NCBI GenBank assembly: GCA_965204445.1
Contig: OZ241992.1
Location: forward strand, 988,095-1,052,094
Reading direction: 5' to 3'
DNA length: 64,000 nt
Source of the DNA: Dehalococcoidia bacterium
GTDB taxonomy: Bacteria; Chloroflexota; Dehalococcoidia; Lucifugimonadales; JADFKI01
The notes under the pieces are model-generated. The model was not told where the DNA came from, ran no database searches, and saw nothing but the letters and a program-made list of their open reading frames with translations. Positions 30,550 to 39,696 of the stretch are shown here, in pieces; within the stretch, counting starts at the first letter, position 1, and each line of letters starts with the position of its first letter. The translations under genes were made by a program, and so were the position numbers.

Positions 30550-33381
30550 TTACTGCCCCAACCCCGCATACCGCCGCCCCGTCACCGACGGCTCCGCGGC
30601 TAGATGGCGGCGTATCGTCGCCACGCGCTCGGCGTCTATGTCCAGCGCTTCGCATACGGCGGCGTCTAGGGCGGCGCGCGCAGGGTCGGCGTCCATGCGC
30701 GGCAGCGGCAGCAGCGCCTGTTCGCATAGCGCATCGTATTCGGCCGCCAAGCGCAGCGCCGCCGGCTCGCACAGCGCCGCAAAGTCGGGGACGGGGATCT
30801 TGCGCAGATCCGTCATTGAGAACTTAGGATAGGTCGGCTTCGTATTTGAGCGGTCGCCCAGCATCGCTAGTACGCCAACCGATGAGTTGAGATAGACGCA
30901 GAGCGCCTTTTCGAGCGCATCGGCATCTATGCCCGCTACTTCGGGCTTGCAGGGCGCCCAAGCCGAACCCAAGCAGGGATGGGCTAAGCGTACTGCCGTT
31001 ACTCTTACGGTTGGCAGGTTTATCCTGTTTGGCAGCAGCATTGTGCCGCGCTGTTCCCATAGGCGATTCGCCTGCGCCTCTTTGCCCTCTTTTGCCGTTA
31101 CAAAGGTGTCGGGCTCGGCAAGCATTGATTGCGTAACGCCCGATTTGTGGTCCCAAAGCGCGGCCATCCCAATTTCATCGGGAAAATCGGAGCGAACAAA
31201 GTTGCCGCGCAAGCCCCTTCCATCGGGTCCAATGGCGGCGATGCTTTCCAAAGGCAATGCAGCGGCAAGTTCGCTTCGCCCTAGCGAAACGAATTCGCTG
31301 ACGAGGGTGGGCGAAAGAAACTGAACCGATCCCCAGTCGCCGGCTTCTATATCGTTTGCCGAAACCCGCTGAAGCGTCCCTAACCCCCTTGCTACGGTAG
31401 AGTCGTTTTGAATCGCTTCAGCCGCAGCGTAGGCTTCAGCCGGCGTTGACGGGTTTATCGCCAAGTTGACCACCCTAGTCGGCGGCTTGCCCCCTTCGCG
31501 CCAATCCCAAACGCGGCATACCAGCAGCATTTCCCCGATGCTGGTGCTATCCGAGAAATAGATGCGCTGCGGATCGTGAGAGGTTACGATATACTCCACC
31601 CAGTAGCGGCCGCCGATGTACTTTCGTATATCTAGCGCCGATGCGTTTGTGGCGGTTACAAGCGGCAGTATTACGGCTATTTTGCTGTCCCCGCTCTTTC
31701 GCATAAAGTCCGCCAAGATTATAAAGGCGTTGCCGTTGCTTGATAGATGCACGGGCTTGTTGCTGAACAGCATCTTCTCGCGCGCCTTGATTTTGCGCTC
31801 ATCGGCGGCGCTGAACTGGTCATGGCGCAGGCTATTGCGCGTGAAGGGCGGGTTCATTATCACCAGGTCGGCGGGTTCGGACTGCGCCATGTCGTCGCCG
31901 TTTTCTACCTGAGCTACCGGCTGGGCGGCGTTGGGCCACGACATCATCTTGGGTTTCAGATCCAGAAACTCCAGCGAACCTAGGTATGCGTCGCCCTCTT
32001 CATCAACGCCTAGGAAGGCGCGCCCTATCTTCATTTTGCGAAAAGAGGTTGTAGGGGATAGCAGCCCCAGCGTAGTCGCCGCCATATGAGTTGCGGTGAG
32101 GTTGACGTCGTAGCCGCACAGCACCTGCTCGATCAGCGCCTGCGCGAAAGCGTCGTCGTCTCTGGTTTGGGGCGATAGGTCGCGGATGCGCTCCGCCGCC
32201 GCCATTAGCAGCGTGCCGGTGCCGCATGCCGGATCCACGATGCGAAGGCTGGCGACGGCGTCGGGATCGTTCCAATCGCGCATATCCTCATCTATGGCAA
32301 GCGTGGCGAGCAGCGTGGCGGCGGGAGTGGATGTGTAGAACGAGCCGTCATAGGGAGCAGAATCCAGAACCCTATGGAAGATGCGTCCCATAAGATCGTG
32401 GCGCAGTCCCGCGATGTTGCCGGCTACCGCCAGCGCCGCTTTGGCGGTTTCGCGGACGGCGTTGGTGAAGGCGGGATCGGGCGGGCAGGCTTGCAAGGCG
32501 GCTCGTCCGGTCTCGAAGATGGGCTTGTAGTCCAGCGCCAGTATCAGATTCCAAGCGTCTGAAAAGTCCGATCCGGGGTTGTCCGAATCGGCGCAGCGCT
32601 GCGCCATTTGGGGCGGCCATTCGTCGGTGAAGGGCGCATTGTCAAGAATGCGGTTATCGTATTCGGGACGCATTCCTTCGAGATGGTAATCCAAGCGCGA
32701 ATGGAACATCACGGCGGTCGCCACCACCAGCAACGCGCGCTTGGCGGCTCTGTCCCAGCGCGTTGCGTCCGTCTTGCCCGCCTTGCGCGCCTCGCGCTGG
32801 GGCAGATCCATATGCTGCGCTAGAAAGCGCCGCTGCGTTTTGTTCAGATAGGACACGGCGACGTCGAGGCTGTCGGACAGCGCCGCCGCCGTGTGGTCGG
32901 GGTTGCCGAGCTGCATGGGCGCAAGCCGAATGACGCGCGGCAGTTCGGCGGCGTCGGCTTCGTTCCATGTCGGCGCAGCGCCCTGCCGCAGTCTGTCCGG
33001 CGAGCGAATAGCCCAGAGAACGCGGCAGTTTCGCATTTGTTCTTTGCGGGTGATGCCGTCGGGGTAGCATACGGCGATAGCGCAGTCCGCGAGGTTCTGC
33101 GTAAGGCGGGCGTCGGCGTCTCTGACGGCTTCGCTGCGCTTGGCGGTGGACTGCCCTTGCTCTGCCTCAAGCGCGATCCTCGCCGATCCCACGCTGATAA
33201 GCACGTCGATGCGCCTTCTGCCCGCCGCATGCTCCTGCTTGGCGTCCAATCCCCGTTGGATCAGCAGCTCCGCCAGCCACACATTGAGGGTGTGTTCATG
33301 CTCTCTTTCAATCATGTTCGCTTTCCCCAGTTCGGTTAGGATGCGCGGGTTGGAATGCGCGGTCGGCCTTTTAGGCATCAT
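30550..33381 (-). CDS. Fused N-terminal nuclease-like domain + gamma-class N6-adenine DNA methyltransferase + C-terminal specificity-like region (Type IIG/IIL-like restriction-modification candidate)
   Basis: SAM motif I IVDPACGTGTLLMAAAERI, catalytic motif IV DLVIMNPPFTRNS, and an N-terminal RRIDVLISVGSARIALEAEQG (D-x12-E-x-E, PD-(D/E)xK-like). 943 aa, with no separate partner genes adjacent. Confidence 0.7.
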   Translation of the reverse strand: MMPKRPTAHSNPRILTELGKANMIEREHEHTLNVWLAELLIQRGLDAKQEHAAGRRRIDVLISVGSARIALEAEQGQSTAKRSEAVRDADARLTQNLADCAIAVCYPDGITRKEQMRNCRVLWAIRSPDRLRQGAAPTWNEADAAELPRVIRLAPMQLGNPDHTAAALSDSLDVAVSYLNKTQRRFLAQHMDLPQREARKAGKTDATRWDRAAKRALLVVATAVMFHSRLDYHLEGMRPEYDNRILDNAPFTDEWPPQMAQRCADSDNPGSDFSDAWNLILALDYKPIFETGRAALQACPPDPAFTNAVRETAKAALAVAGNIAGLRHDLMGRIFHRVLDSAPYDGSFYTSTPAATLLATLAIDEDMRDWNDPDAVASLRIVDPACGTGTLLMAAAERIRDLSPQTRDDDAFAQALIEQVLCGYDVNLTATHMAATTLGLLSPTTSFRKMKIGRAFLGVDEEGDAYLGSLEFLDLKPKMMSWPNAAQPVAQVENGDDMAQSEPADLVIMNPPFTRNSLRHDQFSAADERKIKAREKMLFSNKPVHLSSNGNAFIILADFMRKSGDSKIAVILPLVTATNASALDIRKYIGGRYWVEYIVTSHDPQRIYFSDSTSIGEMLLVCRVWDWREGGKPPTRVVNLAINPSTPAEAYAAAEAIQNDSTVARGLGTLQRVSANDIEAGDWGSVQFLSPTLVSEFVSLGRSELAAALPLESIAAIGPDGRGLRGNFVRSDFPDEIGMAALWDHKSGVTQSMLAEPDTFVTAKEGKEAQANRLWEQRGTMLLPNRINLPTVRVTAVRLAHPCLGSAWAPCKPEVAGIDADALEKALCVYLNSSVGVLAMLGDRSNTKPTYPKFSMTDLRKIPVPDFAALCEPAALRLAAEYDALCEQALLPLPRMDADPARAALDAAVCEALDIDAERVATIRRHLAAEPSVTGRRYAGLGQ

Positions 33382-33539
33382 ACAGCATAGCGCGCTGAGA
33401 GGGCTATCGGGCGCGCGGTTATGAATTCTTGTGTTGCGGGGCTTATCTGATTGAGATTTTCTAGGAATCTAGGAAGCGCTGCATTAGCGGCCGCTTGGCG
33501 GGTTGTACGCTCAATTCGAGAATATCCACTTGATACGCA

Positions 33540-33567
33540 TTGACTTGCGCCGAAACGGGCGTATAGT
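33540..33567 (+). promoter_or_regulatory. Sigma70-like promoter of the GMC oxidoreductase gene (TTGACT-16 nt-TATAGT)
   Basis: ttgact 33540-33545 and tatagt 33562-33567, about 90 nt upstream of GTG 33659 (RBS AAGGAGAA). Confidence 0.5.
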
Positions 33568-33658
33568 AAGCGCCAAAGGGCATATGCGCCGCATACCATA
33601 GCATAAGCCTATATCTTAGTCTTATCCTAAGCTCACGCATCACATAAGGAGAAGTCCG

Positions 33659-35206
33659 GTGAAGTACGATGTCATCGTCATTGGCGCGGGTTCGGCGGGG
33701 GCGGCAGCGGCAAGCAGGCTTTCGGAATACCCCAAGCGCTCCGTGATGCTACTGGAGGCGGGGCCGGACTATCCCGACTTCGAGCGGCTGCCCGACGAGC
33801 TGAAGTACGGCTATGCCACCGGCGCCGATATTATGGTGAGCGGTGCGCACAACTGGCAGTTCACGGGCAAAGCCAACGATGCGGCGGAGCCTATGCTGGT
33901 TCCAAGGGGCAAGGTGACCGGCGGTACAAGCGCAATTAACGGGCAGGTGTTTCTGCGCGGACTGACGCACGATTTCGACGACTGGGCGGCGCTGGGCAAC
34001 GATGAATGGGCGTTTGAGAAGGCGCTGCCGTTCTTTCGCAAGCTTGAGACGGACACCGACTTTTCGGACGATTTTCACGGCGGCGACGGCCCAATCATAT
34101 GCCACCGCTTCAAGCGCGACACTTGGCTGCCGATGCAGACGGCGTTCTATAACGCCTGCATAGACGCCGGCTTCCCGCCGGTCGACGACCTCAACGCGCC
34201 GGACGCGCACGGCGTCGGCGCATTCCCATGCAACAACCCGGACGGCATCCGCTGGAGCAGCAGCCTGGGCTATCTATCGCAGGCGCGCCATCGGCTTAAC
34301 CTCACAATTCGCCCCAACTGCATGGCGCATAAGTTGCTGTTTCAGGGCAAGCGCGCGGTCGGCGTTCAGGTAGAGAGCGGCGGCGAAAAGTTCACGGCGG
34401 AAGCCGATGAGATTGTACTGAGCAGCGGCACAATCGCCAATCCGCAGCTGCTGATGCTGTCGGGCGTGGGGCCTGCCGATCATCTGCGAGAGATGGGCAT
34501 TCCGGTGGTTCACGATTTGCCGGGCGTGGGCAGGAACTTCAGCGATCATCCGTTGATATTCATAGACGCAAGCGTGCAGGATTGGGTTGAGTTGGACGGG
34601 CTTGCGCCGCGCCTGCAGGTTGGGCTGCGCTACACCGCCGCCGGCTCGCAGCGCCCCAACGATATGATGATGTGGATGCAGTCTTTCGCGTCGGAGCGCA
34701 TAAACCGCGGCGGCAGCCGAATGGACGCGCTGGGCATACGCATCACCTGCTCGGTGTATCTGGCGGCAAGCAAGGGGCGCATCACGCTGACATCCACCGA
34801 TCCGCACACGCAGCCGTTCTTGGACTACCACTTGCTTGAGCATCCCGAAGACCGCCGCCGAATGCGCGAATCGGCGCGGCTGGCGGTGGAATGCTTCGCG
34901 CATCCTGAGCTTGCGGCGATAGTGAAGGGGGTCATACAGCCGACGGAGGCGGATTTGGCGAGCGATGAGGCGCTGGACGCGTGGCTGCTGCGCGAGGTTA
35001 CCACGGGACAGCATCTGACGAGTGCCTGCAAGATGGGGCCGGCGTCCGATCCGCTGGCGGTGGTTGACCAGCGGCTGCGCGTACACGGGATAGAGGGCTT
35101 GCGGATAGCGGACGCATCGGTGATGCCGGACACGGTGCGCGCCAACACGAATGTGACGGCGATGATGATAGGCGAGCGGCTGGCGGATTTTGTGGGGCGG
35201 GGGTAG
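33659..35206 (+). CDS. GMC family (choline dehydrogenase-like) FAD oxidoreductase
   Basis: YDVIVIGAGSAGAAAASRLSE (GxGxxG), GKVTGGTSAINGQVF, and a C-terminal HLTSACKMG...RVHGIEGLRIADASVMP. Confidence 0.9.
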   Translation: MKYDVIVIGAGSAGAAAASRLSEYPKRSVMLLEAGPDYPDFERLPDELKYGYATGADIMVSGAHNWQFTGKANDAAEPMLVPRGKVTGGTSAINGQVFLRGLTHDFDDWAALGNDEWAFEKALPFFRKLETDTDFSDDFHGGDGPIICHRFKRDTWLPMQTAFYNACIDAGFPPVDDLNAPDAHGVGAFPCNNPDGIRWSSSLGYLSQARHRLNLTIRPNCMAHKLLFQGKRAVGVQVESGGEKFTAEADEIVLSSGTIANPQLLMLSGVGPADHLREMGIPVVHDLPGVGRNFSDHPLIFIDASVQDWVELDGLAPRLQVGLRYTAAGSQRPNDMMMWMQSFASERINRGGSRMDALGIRITCSVYLAASKGRITLTSTDPHTQPFLDYHLLEHPEDRRRMRESARLAVECFAHPELAAIVKGVIQPTEADLASDEALDAWLLREVTTGQHLTSACKMGPASDPLAVVDQRLRVHGIEGLRIADASVMPDTVRANTNVTAMMIGERLADFVGRG

Positions 35207-35380
35207 ATTGGGCAAAATAGGGGATTGACAAGGCAGCTCCGCCTTATCTACAATAGGATATGTAAAGCGTGGAGTGGTCGGAGCAACGTCGTCCCGCTAC
35301 CGGGATGGACGCCGAACATAGCCACGCTTTCCCGTTCGATTCACCATTCCCCCTTTTCACACCAGATTTTAGAAACTCTG

Positions 35381-37729
35381 CTAATCGACCCTGAACTCCG
35401 TCGGAAGCGCGTACTCTGACTTCTCTATTATTTCCTCAGGAACCTTCAGGTCTGTGCCGTACTTAATGCCTATCACTTCTTCATTGTAGGTTTGGCACCA
35501 GTCCCTGTCGTTGGATGTGCGAGTCCACGTATAGCGATCGACTTCGTAAGTCGATTCATCTACAACTAGCGTTATTTCAAGGGTTTCGTCTATTCCCCAT
35601 TCAATAAATGGGTTGTCATAGCGAATTTCTAGCGTTATCTTTCCGTCTGACCGATCCACCGCTTTCACATCGTATTCGTCAGCGAAACCGCCGTTGTTAT
35701 CGGTCAATCGGAAGTTGCTGTAGAGCAACTGGCCGAGCGATCTGTGAAGTTTGGCGTTTCCGAGGGGCCAATTGGTTGAATCACGGAGTTGCTCTCGGCT
35801 AATCTTTGTCCAACTACCTGATACTTTAGTCCAATGCTGCCAACCGTCAGCATCATCAGCATAGGCTTCGTCTGAGTGAAAGATGAAGAACGATTTGCCG
35901 CCTTCGCGCAAATAGGCTATCTGAGAGTCATCGATCCCGTCGCCCCAACGCAGGAAATGGCTTATCTCATATGCAGCCCAGTCAGGATACCCAAACGCTC
36001 CGCCGCAATTGGCGTCTAGCCAGCCACCTCTAAGCTTCATCCACATTGACCCCGCGTGCCGCAAAGTGGCGTAAGTCCGCTCAAGGAATTTATGCAGGTC
36101 AAAGTCTTCCTGCGGGCTGTCCAGAAGTTCATCCCTGAGAACTGTGAGTTTTCTTACCTCGCTCATGGTCATCCCGGGTTCAACCAGTGGATGAGAGTTA
36201 AGCGCGAGTATCGCTTTGTCCATATATGTGAGGTAACCCATACCGGCCATAACGCTGATTACGTTGCTAAATTCGGCGTGCGACGTAGGCGCAAGCGCAT
36301 GCAACCCTTCGTGAAGAATCACCGCCGTCATATAGGACTTCAGCTTTTCATAATCGGTTAGGTTTGGATCTTCATCTTCACCTTGAAATATAGTGAAAGC
36401 GCCGCCGTCAACCACTGACCAGTTGCCTCTATTGTCTTGTGTAAGACTGGTTGGGCCTCCAAAGCCCCAGCAGTATTCACATCTTTTCCATTCACGGTCA
36501 TCATCGAGTGGTTTTCGGAATGTTGCCACAAAGTCGGCGTCAGCCTTGTTATCGACCCACTGAAACTCAAGGTTAAGCAAGGGCGCAAGCCGCTCATCAA
36601 AGATTTCTTTAGTGGATCGGATGTAGTTCGGGTGGCCTTCTCCATAAACTTTGACAACGGATCCGCTGCGCCACTTTTCCACGACGTCCGAGCGCCATCC
36701 GTAACATCCGTGATTTCCTTCATAGTTTCTTGATTTATCCCTATCGCTATAACATTCCCACACTTCCCGTTCCACGCCTAGGATGCGCTCCGGCACAACC
36801 ACATTCACGGTCAAAGCCGTATCACCGCCGTAGTCTATATCAAGCGCGGCGTTTCCCATAGGCAGACGCAGCGCGAGGTTGGATTCGCCCGCGCTAAATC
36901 CGTCGGGCAGCGCTATTTCCGTCGTCCCGCCGCAATCCTCAATCGGGCTGCCATCTCGCGCGCAAGATATGGCGATGCGCTGCGTTTCCTCATAGGGCAG
37001 CCTGCCCTCATTTCGCAGCGATAGCGCTACATTCACATTTGCCGTTCCATCAGACCAGAAACCCGCAATCGAAGTCATAGCGTTTAGCTTTAGCAGCGTC
37101 GGAACGCGCGTCGATGTTGGCGTTGGAATGATTTTTGCGACGGTGGTTGCGGTGGCTTTTGTAACGTCCTCTAGCCTTGGGGAGAGTGGGGGCGTTGGCG
37201 GCGCAGAGATTGTAGGCAGCGGCGTGGGCAACGTGGGTGGCGTGGGAAACACCGATGGCGGCGTGGGCAGCGGCTCAAGCGTAGGCGGCAGTTGCGGCGG
37301 CGTAGGAAACGACGTCGGCAGCGCGGGCGGCGTGGGGGGAACCATGATGAACGGCGTCGCGCTAGGGCTTGGAGTAGGCGGCGGCGTAGATGTTGGCGGC
37401 GCAGGAACGCCGGCGGCCGTGGTGGTGGCGCGCACGCTGGCGTCTATCGTCGCTTGCGCATTCGGCGTATTCGTGGGCATTATTGTTGAAGTAGCGGTTG
37501 GAACTGCCATTGGCGCAAGTTGCGTCAGCGTCGTCGGCACGGGCAAGCCCTGTCCCGAAGAGGCGTAATACCAGGCGGCCGCAGCGCCTGTCGCGATTAT
37601 CAGCAGCGCCGCAATGCCTGGCGCGGAGCCGAATGTGTTGTGGCAGCGGCGGCAGCGGTATCTATTGAACAGGTGAAACTTGTATCGCTTGCGCGTGTTT
37701 CGACTTTCGCAGCGGGGACACTTTTTCAT
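35381..37729 (-). CDS. Membrane-anchored protein: cytoplasmic zinc ribbon, TM helix, Pro/Thr-rich linker, extracytoplasmic domain with a metzincin-like HExxH motif
   Basis: MKKCPRCESRNTRKRYKFHLFNRYRCRRCHNTF, TM GIAALLIIATGAAAAWYYA, linker PPTSTPPPTPSPSATP...PTPPTLPTPLPT, then AVILHEGLHALAPTSHAEF...SVMAGMGY. The C-terminal about 1.4 kb is visibly less GC-rich than its surroundings. Confidence 0.6.
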   Translation of the reverse strand: MKKCPRCESRNTRKRYKFHLFNRYRCRRCHNTFGSAPGIAALLIIATGAAAAWYYASSGQGLPVPTTLTQLAPMAVPTATSTIMPTNTPNAQATIDASVRATTTAAGVPAPPTSTPPPTPSPSATPFIMVPPTPPALPTSFPTPPQLPPTLEPLPTPPSVFPTPPTLPTPLPTISAPPTPPLSPRLEDVTKATATTVAKIIPTPTSTRVPTLLKLNAMTSIAGFWSDGTANVNVALSLRNEGRLPYEETQRIAISCARDGSPIEDCGGTTEIALPDGFSAGESNLALRLPMGNAALDIDYGGDTALTVNVVVPERILGVEREVWECYSDRDKSRNYEGNHGCYGWRSDVVEKWRSGSVVKVYGEGHPNYIRSTKEIFDERLAPLLNLEFQWVDNKADADFVATFRKPLDDDREWKRCEYCWGFGGPTSLTQDNRGNWSVVDGGAFTIFQGEDEDPNLTDYEKLKSYMTAVILHEGLHALAPTSHAEFSNVISVMAGMGYLTYMDKAILALNSHPLVEPGMTMSEVRKLTVLRDELLDSPQEDFDLHKFLERTYATLRHAGSMWMKLRGGWLDANCGGAFGYPDWAAYEISHFLRWGDGIDDSQIAYLREGGKSFFIFHSDEAYADDADGWQHWTKVSGSWTKISREQLRDSTNWPLGNAKLHRSLGQLLYSNFRLTDNNGGFADEYDVKAVDRSDGKITLEIRYDNPFIEWGIDETLEITLVVDESTYEVDRYTWTRTSNDRDWCQTYNEEVIGIKYGTDLKVPEEIIEKSEYALPTEFRVD

Positions 37730-37983
37730 TTTCTTCTCAATCAGCGGCGCTGCCCTTTAAGCGCATTCATTGCCTCAATCGTAGCGTCTTGTTCGGATAC
37801 GGCGTAGCGCATTATGCTGGATTGTAGCACATTCATATGCGGTAGCCGGTTCGCCCGATTTGCGCCGAAAGCCCGCAAGTATTACCATAGGGGCGCAAGC
37901 CGCCCAACTTATGCGGCGAAAGTCCGCGAGGGCGCGGCTGACAACGAACTCATACGGCATATCACAGCAGGAGGCGCAAACGG

Positions 37984-38745
37984 ATGCACAACTACACTAC
38001 CGATATGTATGAAGGGATGCTGGCGGAGACTATCACGATTAACGGGAATAACGGCGATGCGATTAACGCCTACTACGCCCGTCCGCTGGGCGAGGGTCCG
38101 TTCCCCGGGATGGTTCTGATTCACCACCTGCCGGGTTGGGATGAGCTCTACCGCGAGTTCACGCGCAAGTTCGCGCATCACGGCTATATCGCAATCTCGC
38201 CCGATCTGTATCACCGCTTCGGCAGCGGCTCGCCCGACGATGTGGCGGCGAAAGCGCGCGGCGAAGGCGGCGCTCCCGACGACCAGGTGGTGGGCGATAT
38301 GTCGGCGGCGGCGGCGTATATCCGCTCGCTGCCGTATGCCAGCGGCAAGGTGGGCGTAATCGGTTCGTGTTCGGGCGGACGGCACGCCTTCCTGTGCGCC
38401 TGCCGCTCGACGTCGTTTGACGCCGCCATAGAGCTTTGGGGCGGGCGCGTGGTGCAGGCGTCGGACGACTGCCCGCCACAGCAGCCGGTAGCGCCCATCG
38501 ACTACACCGCCGATCTGTCCTGCCCGCTGCTGGGGCTGTTCGGCGCAGAAGACCAGAGCCCCACGCCGGCGCAGGTGGCGCAGCATGAGCAGGCGCTCAA
38601 AGACGCCGGCAAGGACTACGAGTTCCATATGTACGAGGGCGCCGGACACGGCTTCTTCTACTACGACCGCGGGGCGTATCGCCAAGAGCAGGCGGTTGAC
38701 GGCTGGAACAAGGTGTTCGCCTTCGCAGCCAAGCATCTGGCGTAG
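37984..38745 (+). CDS. Dienelactone hydrolase family protein
   Basis: PFPGMVLIHHLPGWDE, VGVIGSCSGGRHAF (nucleophile elbow with Cys), HMYEGAGHGFF. RBS AGGAGG. Confidence 0.85.
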   Translation: MHNYTTDMYEGMLAETITINGNNGDAINAYYARPLGEGPFPGMVLIHHLPGWDELYREFTRKFAHHGYIAISPDLYHRFGSGSPDDVAAKARGEGGAPDDQVVGDMSAAAAYIRSLPYASGKVGVIGSCSGGRHAFLCACRSTSFDAAIELWGGRVVQASDDCPPQQPVAPIDYTADLSCPLLGLFGAEDQSPTPAQVAQHEQALKDAGKDYEFHMYEGAGHGFFYYDRGAYRQEQAVDGWNKVFAFAAKHLA

Positions 38746-38815
38746 GGGATGCAATAGCGCCGACGTCGGAAGCGCGCGCTACACCGCTTCCGGCGCTGGC
38801 ACTTCGTTAAGCGGG

Positions 38816-38846
38816 AAATGCGCAAGACATAACGCCTTGCGCATTT
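38816..38846. terminator. Perfect 11-bp inverted repeat hairpin between convergent genes (possible bidirectional terminator)
   Basis: aaatgcgcaag-acataacgc-cttgcgcattt, read directly. It is flanked by A/T-containing sequence on both sides and lies between the DLH stop (38745) and the NYN stop (38912). Confidence 0.45.
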
Positions 38847-38911
38847 GCGCTGTGGTCAAGAATTGCGCGCTCGACTGAGTGAAAGAAACCCTTGCCCATC
38901 GCATCACGCGC

Positions 38912-39586
38912 CTAATCGGGGGATGGGCGAAGCGGCAGCATAGTGCGGACGGCGTCGGCGTCTATGACAATCAAGCCGTCGGCGAGTTGGGTGAGATCCC
39001 TGGCGACGGTTGCGGGGTTTGGGGTGGCGATTAGCGCTCTCACGCCGAAATCCTGCACGGTGCGGATGACTTCGGCAAAGTCTTGGTCGCCCGATACAAG
39101 CACGGCGGTGGAATAGGCGGAGCGGCCGGCTAGGCGCACCATATCTAGCGCAATCAGGGTGTCGACGCCTTTCTGCCGTCGATCCGGCGGGAATGTCCAG
39201 TTTTGATCGAACTCGGACAGCAGTTTGTCGGGGGACACTTCGATGTTGCGCGCGGTCTTTCTGACTGCCTGCCGAATGGGTTCCGCCAGCGGGGATGGCC
39301 GCTCTACTATGTGGCCAAGCCGCAGTTGGATGCCGGGGGTTCGCGCGATGATGTGGAAGTATTGACGCTGGCCGTCGTACCACTGGTGCGACGGCTCGAA
39401 TGCGCCTTCGTACCAGTAGGCGCGCAGGAATGATTGGTTCATGCCTTCATCCGCCGCCAACTTTCGCAGCCAATCCACGACGGCGGATGCGTTTATGTGA
39501 ACATCCACGCCCCTTTTGCCGATAACGCTTGCGCCCTGCGCGCGCAAGTAAAAGGCGTCAACGAACCCCACCAGCATATCAGCCAT
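38912..39586 (-). CDS. NYN (LabA-like / DUF88) domain protein
   Basis: QKGVDTLIALDMVRLAGRSAYSTAVLVSGDQDFAEVIRTVQDFGVRALI is the characteristic NYN/LabA core. Confidence 0.8.
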   Translation of the reverse strand: MADMLVGFVDAFYLRAQGASVIGKRGVDVHINASAVVDWLRKLAADEGMNQSFLRAYWYEGAFEPSHQWYDGQRQYFHIIARTPGIQLRLGHIVERPSPLAEPIRQAVRKTARNIEVSPDKLLSEFDQNWTFPPDRRQKGVDTLIALDMVRLAGRSAYSTAVLVSGDQDFAEVIRTVQDFGVRALIATPNPATVARDLTQLADGLIVIDADAVRTMLPLRPSPD

Positions 39587-39696
39587 ACGACGTACCTTAT
39601 CCCTGTGAAAATAATGGAACGGGCAAACCGATTTGCGCCCGGCTTGCCCGTTCCTATTCGTTCATCTCATCCCGTTAGTTCGCGCCGCATCGCGGT

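Noticed and set aside
28583-33400. tRNA-Asn-associated genomic island carrying HicB, an amidohydrolase and the Type IIG-like methylase
   Set aside because: There is no integrase, no direct repeat of the tRNA 3' end, and these genes lie on the 5' side of the tRNA. The GC content of the large genes matches the genome.
33395-33470. Possible TPP riboswitch because of a CTGAGAG motif (gcgctgagagggct)
   Set aside because: Only the short CUGAGA word matches. The remaining conserved helices and the pyrimidine-sensor sequence are not recognisable, and no thiamine-related gene follows.
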